From: Flaccisagitta enflata
Lineage: Eukaryota
Direction: 5' to 3'
DNA: 64,000 nt
Assembly (NCBI GenBank): GCA_965153355.1
Contig: OZ231126.1
Span: 6,696,001 to 6,760,000, forward strand
The first letter of the stretch is position 1. Each line of letters opens with the position of its first letter. The notes under the pieces are model-generated. The model had not been told where the DNA came from, searched no databases, and was given only the letters and a program-made list of their open reading frames with translations. A program made the position numbers and the translations under genes. Of this stretch, positions 11,484-24,362 are shown in pieces.

Positions 11484-12028
11484 AGGGCTAATGTCCTGTA
11501 GAACAAAAGGGTGAATTTCCGTTGAACTGTCTTTATGTCTGCGTATATGTATGCTTCCTCATGGGGAACTCACAAGCCCATGTCCCAAACAAGCCCTACA
11601 TGCCCTCAAATCTGCTCTTTCAGACTTCAATGGACCTGTTCAGGTACTAAACTAACACTTGTCGCAAAACTATTGCAAAAGCAACGCTTCAAGTAAAACC
11701 ATGAAATACATACTTTTAGTGGGTCCAGTTGTGTGAAATTTTAACTGAAGCATAATGACACCTTTGGGTTATCGCGGTGAAAAATGAAGTTCTCATTGAA
11801 TAACATGGAAAATTGACAAGAAACTAAAAAAAAATGTAAAACTCTCATTACATATCATGTATAATTGTCCCAAAGGCCTGAAATATGCCTTCTCAGGACG
11901 TAAGGAAATTCACCCCTGTGTCCCACAGGACATCGGCCCTTTGGGGCCGCTGCCCTGCTCTCACTCCACTTCTTCAAGCAGGGCATTGGTCACCGCTGAC
12001 CATGTGCGATCCTTGGATGACTTGTTTA
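11484..12028 (+). mobile_element. HINE family B variant (5'-clipped); a second tail copy follows at ~12052-12100
   Basis: 3' subTIR ACAGGACATCGGCCCTTTGGGGCCGCTGCCC and tail ACCGCTGACCATGTGCGATCCTTGGATGACTTGTTT. Confidence 0.7.
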
Positions 12029-12096
12029 CTCCTATACTAAATCATATTCAGTGGGGCAACGGGTACCGCTGACCATCGGCGATCTTTGGATAAATG

Positions 12097-12304
12097 TTTT
12101 TTGTTGCAGACACGCAACTCTATAAGAGGCTTTGTCCGTCCATCTGTTGGTCCGTAGGTCACGCTCAAGTTTAGTTGAACGTCTGAAAAAACGCATCTAT
12201 GATGCTACAGATATTATTGTGTGCGGTTAGGGAGGGTGTGAATGGGGGTTGTACGCTCCTGCCCACCCGTCCGCAATGATATAATTTCCCCGTGTAACTC
12301 ATTT
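12097..12304 (+). mobile_element. HINE family D
   Basis: TTTTGTTGCAGACACGCAACTCTATAAGAG ... CCGTCCGCAATG. Confidence 0.7.
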
Positions 12305-12509
12305 CCCTTCATCCAATTCCCCCCCCCCCATTTGCCTCATAAACTAATTCTGTTCTTATCTTCCTTTCCCTCTTTTGTCCCAAGAGTCCCATCACCACAT
12401 ATTACAGTTAACGATAAGGTGATACATTTTCCTTCTCTCTATTATTTCTTGACTGTGGTCATTCTTTTTTGCCTGTATCTTATTTCTCCTACTTTCCCTC
12501 ATCCATCTC

Positions 12510-13190
12510 CATCTCATCCTTTCTCCTTCATCCATCTCTTCATCCTTCTCTTCCTTATTCCTTCATCCATCTCTTCATCCATCTCTTCATCCATCTCTTC
12601 ATCCATCCCTTCATCCATCCCTTCATCCCTTTCATCCATGATTCATCCATCTCTTCATCCATCTCTTCATCCATCCCTTCATCCATCTCATCATCCATCC
12701 CTTCATCATCTCTTCATCCATCTGTTCATCCATCTGTTCATCCATCTCTTCATCCATCTGTTCATCCATCTCTTCATCCATCTCTTCATCCATCTCTTCA
12801 TCCCATCTTCATTCATCCATCCATCCATCCATCTCTTCATCCATATCTCATTCTCTTCATCCATCCTCTTCATCCCATTCATCCATCCCTTCATCCATCT
12901 CTTCATCCATCTCTTCATCCATCTCTTCATCCATCTCTTCATCCATCTCTTCATCCATCTCTTCATCCATCTCTTCATCCATCTTTCATCCATCCCTTCA
13001 TCCATCTCTTCATCCATCTTTCATCCATCCCTTCATCCTTCTCTTCATCCATCTCTTCATCCATCCCTTCATCCATCTCTTCATCCATCTCTTCATCCAT
13101 CTCTTCATCCATCTCTTCATCCATCTCTTCATCCATCTCTTCATCCATCTCTCCATCCATCTCCTCATCCATCCCTTCATCCATCTCATT
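12510..13190. repeat. 12-bp minisatellite (TCATCCATCTCT)n
   Basis: Direct reading. Confidence 0.95.
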
Positions 13191-13573
13191 CTCTTTCTCA
13201 TTTTTACCTCATCTATTTCTCATCTATTTCTCATTGTGTTTATCTAATGAGCTATCTGTCATAAATTCATCTTTGCTCTGCAATAAAAAGATAAGTTCAA
13301 TAATTAGCAACACACATGCTACAAACGATTGAAAAAAGACCAACAAAAGCAGTTTCAGATCTTTATTTTCAAACATCTCCAAATGACCAGACAAATATAA
13401 CGCCAAAGCTCATTCGCTCCCTTTCCCTCTTGAAGGGGTGTAGGATATGGGCTCCAGGTTGATTTGTTGGTTCTTTCATGGTTGTGTCCCTTGTGTGAGT
13501 TGAGCTTGGTCCTTACCCTCACATTAGAAAAGCTGTTTGGTGGAGGTTTCTAGGTGAACTTCAAAATTGTGCA

Positions 13574-13704
13574 GTACAGTTAAATCCCGCTATAGCAGAT
13601 CCAAGAGTAACAGAAATCCACCTATGATAGATCTAAAAACTTTGAATATGGTGGATGAAATTTGTTAGTGCCTTTACTTCCGGTATTGCGGGGTTTAATG
13701 GTAC
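13574..13704. mobile_element. Short pogo/Tigger-like MITE; relatives at ~23693-23870, ~35930-36200 and ~38844-38930
   Basis: TACAGTTAAATCCCGCTATA ... TATTGCGGGGTTTAATGGTA; similar TACAG(T/A)TGAA(A/C)CCCGC starts elsewhere. Confidence 0.55.
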
Positions 13705-13994
13705 TTACAATTGATATACTGTTTCATATCAACACAAGCATACATCCCACCAAGATTACATCTAGATGACATCTAGATTGACTAGCCTTAAATAAAAAAG
13801 CTTATCAATCAAAAGTGCTGAACTTATGCCACTCTTCTCCTCCTCCTCCTCCTCCTCCTTTACCATTCAGCCTCTATTAAGTCTCATTGGTCCTCTGGGT
13901 CTTTAGCCAAAAGCTGTGTCTGCAAACCAATCATCCATGGGTCAAACAGGTCGAGGATACCTTGACAGAAACCCACTGGACGGTGATAACTCGT

Positions 13995-14350
13995 GCTGTG
14001 ATGGCACAGTGTGCCAGACTTGCATATTGTTAGTGGCACTGTGCCGAGCATGCATATTTATGGCGGCACAGTGCGCTTGACCTGCATATGGGTGGTGGCA
14101 TGGTGTGCTTGATCCGCATATCAGTGGCGACACAGTGTGGCAGACAGGCAGATCTATTGCGGCACAGTGCGCATATTGCGCATATTGTTGGTGGTGCAGT
14201 GTGCTGAACCTGCATATTGGTGGTGGCGGTACAGTGTGCTGGATCCGCATATTTGCAGCGCACAGTGTGCTAAACAGGCATATCAGTAGCGGGACAATAC
14301 GCTGGACCTGCATAACAGTGGTGGTACACAGTGCTGAACCCACATATATG
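13995..14350. repeat. Degenerate ~33-bp minisatellite
   Basis: Recurrent GCACAGTGTGC...GCATAT units. Confidence 0.75.
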
Positions 14351-14582
14351 CGACCAATGTGTACTTAACTCGTGTATCAATTATCGACCTGGTGTTCCCC
14401 TTCCCCCAGAGGGCAATGCACTGTGTAACTGTGGCTGCAGCCCTGGTCATCCCACTAGAGGACTAAGCATGGCGCTGCAATACCTTCGCCAAAAGCATCT
14501 GTGTAGGTTCTTGCTTTTTCCCGTCTTTATTTGCTCAGCGTCCATTGCAAAGGTCTCGGTCTCATTTCATCTCCGGTTCTTA

Positions 14583-14659
<77 letters not shown>

Positions 14660-14698
14660 TTGTTTTTGTTTTTGTGTGTATGTGTGTATGTGTGTGTG

Positions 14699-14787
<89 letters not shown>
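14583..14787. repeat. (GTT)n, (GT)n and (CT)n compound microsatellite
   Basis: Direct reading. Confidence 0.98.
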
Positions 14788-14790
<3 letters not shown>

Positions 14791-15278
14791 AGTTCTTCCA
14801 ATATTTCTCGCATTGACTCTCCTCCTACTTAGATATACCAGAGTCTTCTCACTCCTTCATTGAAGTGATGTTCTTATGTTTGTGAGTTGAGCAGACATTT
14901 TCTCTCTCCTGCCTCTTATTTTGACTCGAGTTTACGCCTACTACCGCCCTCTTAAGCTCTTCTCCCGCCCTCTTCTGCCTCCCTCTTATCTTCCTTCTTT
15001 TGGCCAAACCAAGAATGGGTTTTCTTCCTTTTTAGACAACGATGAATATTTATCTTAGTTCAACTCTCTTTTTTTGACGGATCTGATAGATAAGTTATGA
15101 TACAATCTTTGTTTTGTTAGTTCGTTAGTTTCGCTGGTTAGGTTTTTTCGTATTTGTTTGATTGATCGGTAATTTCGTTCAGGTTACTTCCGTTTTTTTC
15201 GCATTGTGTGCGTAGTCTTGTCCCTGCGAACATCGAACATTGAATCAAAGAGTAAGAGATTTATAAGCTTAGATCTAA

Positions 15279-15502
15279 GAACAAGCGACGCGGGGTCACT
15301 ACATCGTTGCGGACGGGTGGGCAGGGGCGTCCAACCCCCATCCACACCCCAACCCAACCCCCACACTCTAACGCTCGTTTTCCCACTTTTCAACTCGATG
15401 ACCTTCGACGGACCAACGGACCGATGGACCAACGGATTGAAGGACGAACGGATGGACGGACGGACAAAGACTCTTTTAGAGTTGCGTGTCCACAACTAAA
15501 AA
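15279..15502 (-). mobile_element. HINE family D
   Basis: AACAAGCGACGCGGGGTCAC at the left and GAGTTGCGTGTCCACAACTAAAAA at the right. Confidence 0.8.
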
Positions 15503-15811
15503 TGAAGTTGTAGTTTGGTAGGATTGCATCATTTGCACTAGAAGTTATTTCACCGCATTTTGGCCCGTCTTTTGGCATTTGGCCCGCATTTTTGCCCGTA
15601 ACTCTGACCTGACGACATAATGACATGATGATTATAAAGATAGAACAGGCTGCATTTGTATCAGTAAGCGCTCCGGTTGTAGCTCAGGTCGGAACTGAAA
15701 TAGGAAAGCATGAAGAAGTTTTTATTGATATGGAGCGCCATGGACCGATTTTCCAAGTACTATCTCTCCATCTCCAACGTCTACCTATCCATCTTCATGC
15801 AGTGAAATGAG

Positions 15812-16060
<249 letters not shown>

Positions 16061-17060
16061 AGAAAGATCCAAATGAGAAAAAGACAAAATTGTAAGAAGT
16101 TAGGGACAGAAAAACAGACGATTGCAAAAAGATAAAAGACTCAAATGGACCATTTCAGCGAGAAATCAATTGAGAAGGAAAAAAGGAAAAAAGGAAAAAT
16201 ATTCCTCGAGCTACTGGAGGAGAATCAAAAGTAGAATCAAGAGATAACAAGGCCAACACCTATAAGTCGCGTGCAGGACAAAAATAACTGAACTGACCTG
16301 ACTCCTTATTGTATCTTTTTATCGAAAATCAGACTTAAACGCAACCCAAAACAGACCCAAACCAGACTCAAACCAGACTCAAACCAGACTCAAACCAGAC
16401 TCAAAACAGACTCAAACCAGACTCAAACCAGAATCAAACCAGATCGAAACCAGACCTAAATCAGACATAAACCAGACATAAACCAGATTTAAGCCAGACT
16501 CAAACCAGACTCAAACCAGACTAAAACCAGACTCAAACCAGACTTAAACCAGACTTAAACCAGGCTCAAACCAGGCACAAACCAGGCTCAAACCAGACTC
16601 AAACCAGACTCAAACCAGACTCAAACCAGACTCAAACAAGACTCAAGCCAGACTCAAACCAGACTCAAACCAGATTCAAACCAGACTCAAACCAGACTCA
16701 AACCAGACTCAAACCAGACTCAAACCAGAATTAAACCAGAATTAAACCAAACCAAAACCAGACCAAAACCCGACCAAAACCAGACCTAAATCAGACCTAA
16801 ATCAAACATAAACCAGACAAAAACCAGACATACACCAGACCTAAACCAGACCTAACCCAGACCTAAACCAGACATAAATCAGACATGAACCAGTCTTAAA
16901 CCAGACTTAAACCAGACTTAAACCAGACTTAAACCAGACTTAAACCAGACTTAAACCAGACTTAAACCAGACTTAAACCATACTTATCTTTAATATCATT
17001 TTAGCCAGCAGACTGAAACCAGCAGACTTAAACCATTAGACCAGCAGATTTAAACCATTA

Positions 17061-17669
17061 CTATCTTGGAAATAGATATACGGACACTTGATAAAAAAGT
17101 TCATTTATTGACTAGAAAAGTACATGAACATGTTGAAAAACGCCTAATACTTTGTATGTCCGCCTTGGGCATTGGCCACTGCTTGCATTCGGCGTGGCAT
17201 TGAATCGTAGAGTGACGCCAAGTAATCTGGACTGATCTTCTTCCAAACCATTAGCGCAATTCTTTTCAGCACTTTTTTTGAAGTTGCCCGTATGTCCGAT
17301 TGCGCGTAAACTGAGGCCTTCACCCTTTAAAGCGATAATTGCCCCTTTGGTATCTAGGGAAATGCGTTTTTCCAGAGGCATTGTAAAAAAAACTGAAGTA
17401 AAAAAGAAAAATCCTGGAGGCGACGAGCCCAGAAGGCGCCAAGGGGTATGATGAAAATTATCCGCAATTTTTTTCCAAATTTGAAAAGCAACGTTTTTAC
17501 TCTTTCGGCTCTCATTTCTAAACGAATAAAGATACAGTATTGCGCTTGGTCTAGATCGCTAGATCTTTCGAAGACGCGCATTTTCAAAAAAAAAAAACGA
17601 ATGTTCTAAGACAAAAATTAAGCGCGCTATGACTATAAACAGCTGTCCGTATATTTATTTCTAAGATAG
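17061..17669 (-). mobile_element. Internally deleted Tc1-family transposon
   Basis: 26-bp TIRs CTATCTTGGAAATAGATATACGGACA / TGTCCGTATATTTATTTCTAAGATAG, TA on both sides, and both transposase ends inside. Confidence 0.92.
17144..17381 (-). pseudogene. Tc1 transposase remnant (N-terminus fused out of frame to C-terminus)
   Basis: MPLEKRISLDTKGAIIALKGEGLSLRAIG (HTH start), then in another frame VWKKISPDYLASLYDSMPRRMQAVANAQGGHTKY-stop, a canonical Tc1 C-terminus. Confidence 0.9.
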
Positions 17670-19199
17670 TAGATTTAAACCAGCAGACTTAAACCAGCAG
17701 ATTTAAACCAGCAGACTTTAACCAGCAGACTTAACCCATTCAATCTAAACCAGCAGACTTAAACCAGCAGATTTAAACCAGCAGATTTAAACCAGCAGAC
17801 TTTAACCATCAGACTTTACCCAGCAGACTTTAACCAGCAGACTTTAACCAGCAGACTTTAACCAGCAGACTTTAACCAAAAATGACCAAAAAAGACCAAA
17901 ATGACCAAAATGATCAAAAATGACCAAAAATGACCAAAATGACCAAAATGACCAAAATGACCAAAGATGACCAAAGATGACCAAAGATGACCAAAATGAC
18001 CAAATTGACCAAAAATGACCAAATGACCAAATGACCAAATTGACAAAATGACCAAATTGACAAAAATGATCAAAAATGATCAAAAATGACCAAAAATGAC
18101 CAAAAATGACCTAAAATGACCTAAAATGACCAAAATGACCAAAATGACCTAAAATGACCAAAATGACCAAAATGACCAAAAATGACCAAAAATGATCAAA
18201 ATACCCAAAAATGACCAAAAATGACCAAAAATGATCAAAAATGATCAAAAATGGCCAAAAATGACCAAAATGACCAAAATGACTAAAAATGACCAAAAAT
18301 AATAATCAAAAATAATCAAAAATGACCAAAAATGACCAAAAATGATCCAATATGACCAAAAATGACCAAAATGACCAAAATGACCAAAATGACCAAAATG
18401 ACCAAAATGACCAAAAATGGCCAAAAATGACCAAAAATGACCAAAAATAACCAAAAATGACCAAAAGCAACCAATAATTCCCAAAAACAACAAAAAAGGA
18501 CTCAAAATAACTCCAGACGACCCAAAAAGACGAAAAAAGCTAGGTGTGACCGACAGACCGACAGACCGACAGACCGACAGACGGACAGAGTGGGTCATAG
18601 AGTCGCGTGCACGCGACTAAACAAGAGGATAGTTTGAAGAAGGCTGCCGGGCGCGATAAAGCGAACCGCATCTGTCCGGCGAGATCATTTTCTTAACTAA
18701 ATCGTTTACAAGCCATATGTGCATAGTAACGTCTTTCTCTAAACATATCAAAGCCTATAACCGGATAACCGCGTGCGGATGGGCATTGGGCAGGGGCAGT
18801 AATGTAAAGTCATCATTTAATGTAAAGTCATCATGTAAAGTCATCTTGGAACTAGAGCAGGGGCAAATCGTGAACCGACGGATGGACCAACCATTTTTTA
18901 GGTTGTGGTTTTGCGTGCACGCTGTGAAAAATGAGCCCCTTCACCCACCTGTACCCGTACACAGCGATATATTTTCCTTGATAATCAACTACCAAAGCGC
19001 TGTGAGATCTATCTCGAAAAATATATTCAATCGCATTTCCTTTGATGAAAACATGCAAGGAAAGTAAGCATAAAATGAACACATCGAATCGAGTTGGACA
19101 ACATTACTTCATAACAAAAATTCGGGACAAGAGCCTTGCAGACAAATCGATGTTATAGTTATGTATGTTTATTTCTATCTTTGACCATTTGCTACTGTA

Positions 19200-19795
19200 C
19201 TATCTAGAACATATGTATATCGACAGGCATTTTAAGCAATAACTCTGTTAAGAATAAAAAAATTATATAAAAACCAGTGAGATTCTGTAACTATTTCGAA
19301 TTTCTGACCAAATGCCGCAAACCGCATCCTTTTAGCTCAAGGCGTTTAGAATTGACAGGCAAAACAAGATTGATACTTCAATTAGAAAATGGCCAAAAAA
19401 ATTCATCTAGTTTCTTTACAAGTTACTAAGTCTCCTTTCAGATAGATTGGAGGTTTTTTCCACCCTATTTTTGGTCCTAATTACAGCGCCCAACACCTTT
19501 GCTACATTATCTTGGTTGATTTCAACCTCTCTGAATCATTGGGATTGCAACTGAAGCAAAAGGGAGAACATGGCATACGCTAAGGAAATTTTTTAATGAA
19601 ATTTTATGAGGGATAGTTATCATGCATTTATACAAAGCATTTGTGTTAAAGTGCTTAGAAAATCCACATACAGTTATGTGTTGAAACCCAAAGACTATTA
19701 TTAAGTATCTGACATGTTTTGACGGTTTTTCTATGATTCCTATACTGCCAAATTAACCAATCCCCTTACTGTCGATATACTTATGTTCTAGATAG
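19200..19795. mobile_element. Tc1-type MITE
   Basis: TIRs CTATCTAGAACATATGTATATCGACAG / CTGTCGATATACTTATGTTCTAGATAG; TA on both sides. Confidence 0.88.
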
Positions 19796-19935
19796 TAGTC
19801 ATAGTTAAATGATTGTACTGCTACACTTCTTGTGTGAACATAAACAAATCAAAAGGTTAACGTAGGATGGGCTCAAATTGGGCATTCCAACAAAAGGTAT
19901 TTCCAGGCACTTTCCATGATCCTTTTGCTTGATCA

Positions 19936-20528
19936 CCATCTTGGCCATAAAGATCCAGACAGTAGGCGTATAAGTTAATTTGGTGACCAGAAGTGAGCAG
20001 CAAACATATTAAAATGCATCTAATATTAGGTATGACCATGTTGGGCATCTACCAGACCACCACCACCTGCGTACGCTTTGGCATGGTCTGGAGGTACTCT
20101 GGAGTGATGTTGTTTCAAACCTTTAATGTAATTGATTTCAGCCCTACTTTGAATGTCGTTTTCCAGTGTTTCTGCGGGGTTTCCGTTTGAATCTTTAAGT
20201 TCTGAATTGGATTAAGATCCAGATTGATTTGGTCTAACCCTAGACGAGCTTAGCTCATCGACTTTTCAATACATTTGGCGCAATGCACCAGTGCACCATC
20301 TTCCATAAACAAACAAAGATTACAAAATTACCCACCACACTTGCAAAAAGCAAATGTTTTCTTCATTCCGCTCTCCTTTCTAAACGGATAAAGAAACAGG
20401 AACCAGCTTGGTCTCATTCAATAGATTTTTCAAAGATGAGAATTTCTAAAGAAAAATCATCTCAGTGCGATTAAAGTTAAGCGAGTTATGACACTTTAAA
20501 GCTGTCCGGATCTTTATGGCCAAGATGG
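19936..20528. mobile_element. Tc1-type MITE
   Basis: TIRs CCATCTTGGCCATAAAGATCCAGACAG / CTGTCCGGATCTTTATGGCCAAGATGG; flanks CA and TA. Confidence 0.8.
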
Positions 20529-20914
20529 TAGAGCCCCATCTACATGGATGATCTATTTTGACTTGATCTAGGCACGGCGTCATTAATGCTGTAGTTACAT
20601 AGAATTGATTGCTATGGTTGTAAAAGAAATTTCTTCCATTGCAATTCTATACAACTACATCACTGATGTCACACTGGCTAGATCAAGTCCAAATCGATTT
20701 TCCAAGTAGATTGGGCTCTAATCATGTACAGTACGATGGAATTGTTGACCAAAAAGAAAAAAGTCCAACACCACTAGGGATTCGATCTTGTGAACCTGAA
20801 CAGAGGATTTTCTTTCCTCAAGGTCATGACTTTACCAGCAGAGACACTGCGCTGCAAGCAGATAAAAAGAATTGATTCTCGTTTTTTTTTCTAAATCATT
20901 TTGTGCCAAATTTA

Positions 20915-21506
20915 ACCATGGCCAAAAAAAAAGAAAAAAGTAGACGCTCAATTCTTATCATTTAATTGAAAACCAGTCACACTTTTTACTTGAAATCTAT
21001 GAGCATTTTAAAGATCTTCAAAAACTCAAACCTAGACCGAGCAGAAATTTGTGATTCAAGTCGTTTAGAAATGACATAAGATTGAAGTTCAACACTCATT
21101 TTTCAAAATGCCAAAAAAGGCAGATTTCAACATCTGTGAACAAGAAACTATTTCACTAATTTTTTATGTAGAAGGAAGTTATGAAATAGATGGAGAAAAA
21201 CTGAAGTATTTTCAATTCTCTTTAAGATGAAACCAAGCAAAACTCATGATTCCGCTTCGTTTAAAGGCTGTATTAATTCAAAGTTGGTTACTCTAAAAAC
21301 ATTTTCAACATATTTGAGATTTTCAAGTAGTTGTCTTTAGAATATCATAACTTCTAAAATTCTGAAGCTAGAATGTTCAGAAAGAGCTCAAATGAAAGAT
21401 CTTTTGTAGCTCTTTAAAACCATCATAGATGTTAAGGGTTTACCATCTTTAGCTACCAAGAAATCAGCAATCAAAAAATTGCATCTACTTTTTTTTTTGC
21501 CATGGT
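20915..21506. mobile_element. TA-flanked MITE
   Basis: ACCATGGCC-A-run-GTAGACGC / GCATCTAC-T-run-GCCATGGT; TA on both sides. Confidence 0.7.
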
Positions 21507-21828
21507 TATATTCACGCAATGCCTTGAACCATCAGCTAACAGAAAAACCAGAGCGCAAAGCTCTTCACCCAAGCAATGAACATGAAGCAGGCCCTCTTTC
21601 ATTTGTTCCTATTGCTCCCATCGTACTGTAAATGGAACATGAAAAGTGCTTAGAAATGATCATCTATTCGAATGCGCAATTTGAGTCCACTCTAGTACCC
21701 AGTTAGTACCGTTCGGTGGTGAATGAATCTCATATATTGAACATGCGAGATTGTGTTATTGGAGAAAACAACAACCGGATTCCAATAAGTATTGGATTTT
21801 TTGGTGGGGAAAAACGTAAAGAACCTGA

Positions 21829-23334
21829 GACTGTCTTCAGCTTCTTTTTGACGCCCGCTGATGGTGCTGTCTGCTTCTTCTGATGGCACTGTCTGCTTCT
21901 TCTGATGGCGCTGTCTGCTTCTTCTGATGGCGCTGTCTGCTTCTTCTGATGTCGCTGTCTGCTTCTTCTGATGGCGCTGTCTGCTTCATCTGACAGCGCT
22001 GTCTGCTTCTTCTGATGGCACTGTCTGCTTCTTCTGATGGCGCTTTCTGCTTCTTCTTATGGCACTGTCTGCTTCTACGTTGATGGCGCTGTCTGCTTCT
22101 TCTGATGGCACTGTCTGCTTCTTCTGATGGTGCTGTCTGCTTCTTCAAATGGCTCTGTCTGCTTCTACGTTGATGGCACTGTCTGCTTCTTCTGATGGCA
22201 CTGTCTGCTTCTACGTTGATGGCACTGTCTGCTTCTTCTGATGGCACTGTCTGCTTCTTCTGATGGCGCTGTCTGCTTCTTCTGATGGCGCTTTCTGCTT
22301 CTTCTGATGGCGCTGTCTGCTTCTACGTTGATGGCGCTAGGGTGGAAGGTGGTGGTTATGGGTGGATAGAGTTGAGATAGGCCTAGGAGCTTGATAGGTG
22401 GTCATTTAGGGCCAGTGTGAGGGTCGAAGGCGGTGGTTATGGGTGGATAGAGTTGAGATAGGCCTAGGAGCTTGATAGGCGGTCATTTAGGGCCAGTGCG
22501 AGGGTGGAAGGTGGTGGTTATGGGTGGATAGAGTTGAGATAGGCCTAGGAGCTTGATAGGTGGTCATTTAGGGCCAGTGCGAGGGTGGAAGGTGGTGGTT
22601 ATGGGTGGATAGAGGTGAGATAGGCCTAGGAGCTTGATAGGCAGTCATTTAGGGCCAGTGCGAGGGTGGAAGGTGATGGTTATGGGTAGATAGAGTTGAG
22701 ATAGGCCTAGGAGCTTGATAGGCGGTCATTTAGGGCCAGTGCGAGGGTGGAAGGTGGTGGTTATGGGTGGATAGAGTTGATATAGGCCTAGGAACTTGAT
22801 AGGCGGTCATTTAGGGCCAGTGAGCGCTGTCTGCTTCTTCTGATGGCACTGTCTGCTTCCTCTGATGGCGCTATCTGCTTCTTCTGATGGCGCTTTCTGC
22901 TTCTTCTGATGGCGCTGTCTGCTTCATCCAATTGCGCTGTCTGCTCCTTCCGATGGCGCTGTCTGCTTCTTCAAATGGCGCTGTCTGCTTCATCTGATGG
23001 CGCTGTCTACTTCTTCTGATGGCGCTGTCTGCTTCTTCGCTGATGGCGCTGTCTGCTTCTTCTGATGGCGCTGTCTGCTCCTTCTGATGGCGCTGTCTGT
23101 TTCTTCTGATGGCGCTGTCTGCTTCTTCTAATAGCGCTGTCTGCTCCCTCTGATGGCGCTGTCTGCTTCTTCTGATGGCTCTGTCTGCTCCTTCTGATGG
23201 CGCTGTCTGCTTCTTCTGATGGTGCTGTCTGCTTGTTCTTATGGCGCTGTCTGCTACCTCTGATGGTGCTGTCTGCTTCTTCTGATGGCGCTGTATGCTT
23301 CTTCTGATGGCGCTGTCTGCTTCTTCATGGCGCT
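21829..23334. repeat. 22-bp minisatellite (GCTGTCTGCTTCTTCTGATGGC)n, split by an 81-bp array
   Basis: Direct reading; interrupted at 22339-22824. Confidence 0.95.
22339..22824 (-). repeat. Six-unit 81-bp tandem array with flanking CGCT duplication
   Basis: Unit starts at 22339, 22420, 22501, 22582, 22663 and 22744; reverse complement of the unit at 24363. Confidence 0.95.
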
Positions 23335-23436
23335 AATTTGTACCCGCTGTTTAGCTCTGTGTCTGTCTGTTTCTCTTTTTCATAATCTCGGTTCTGTGTG
23401 TACCTCTGCTGTTACTATCTCTCAGGTTATATATGT

Positions 23437-23540
<104 letters not shown>

Positions 23541-24362
23541 ACACTTCATACCATAACGATAGATCATGATAATGTCGTTACCATCACCGCATTTAATGCA
23601 ATTTATAGACAGATCTTTTCTCGTTATGCTGAAAACCAAAGACCAAATATCCTTATTCCTTAACTTCATTACTTTTTGTGGTTGCGTGCCGGTACAGATG
23701 AACCCCGCTCTAACGGATTGCAGGGGACTAACATTTTTTTTCTGTTACAGGCAGACTTCTGTCATTGCCAGTAAAGGAAATAAAAGAAATTAACTTGAAG
23801 GGATCATAAGCTTGCAGCCGTTATAGGCGGAATTCCGTTAGTGGCGGGTCCGTTAGAGTGGGGTTCAACTCATTCTAACAATTCTTTATACTCGCTTATC
23901 GTGGTTTACTAAACCATCAGTTTTGTCCTTTGTCATTCAGAGTGAAATATATCTGATGGCGTTTTGTGGTTGATAATTGAAATTCTTTGATGAGCAGCCA
24001 TATTTAGGCAACGGCTACAGCGGCTGGATGTTTTTTTTTTTTTTTTTTTTTTTATTTTTCTTTGGCAAATCAACATAATTTGAGCCAATGCGCATCCCAT
24101 CTCCAAGTACAGTGCCTATAAAAGACGAAAAAGGGACCACTGACGTCAAGTTTTTTTTTTTTTTTTCAAAAGCGGGCCTTTTTTTTCTCATAGAGATTTT
24201 GACTTTGTCCGTCCGTCGGTCGGTCGGTTGGTCGGTTGGTCGGTCGGTTGGTCGGTCCCCATTTTACTTTTTTTATGTTTTTGCGGTCTTTGGCCTCACT
24301 GCTCCTTGCCAAATGCTTTAGTAACTTGAATACTGCCCCTGCCCACCCGCACGCAACTGAGG

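Larger units (their letters stand above)
16246..18621 (-). mobile_element. HINE subfamily A2 expanded by 11-, 14- and 9/10-bp tandem arrays
   Basis: Ends AACAAGGCCAACACCTATAAGTCGCGTGC and AGAGTCGCGTGCACGCGACTAAA; internal (AAACCAGACTC)n, (AAACCAGCAGACTT)n and (AAAATGACC)n. Confidence 0.85.

Noticed and set aside
14385-14475. Possible HDV-like ribozyme in a GC-rich patch
   Set aside because: No P1 or P2 pairing partners could be built.
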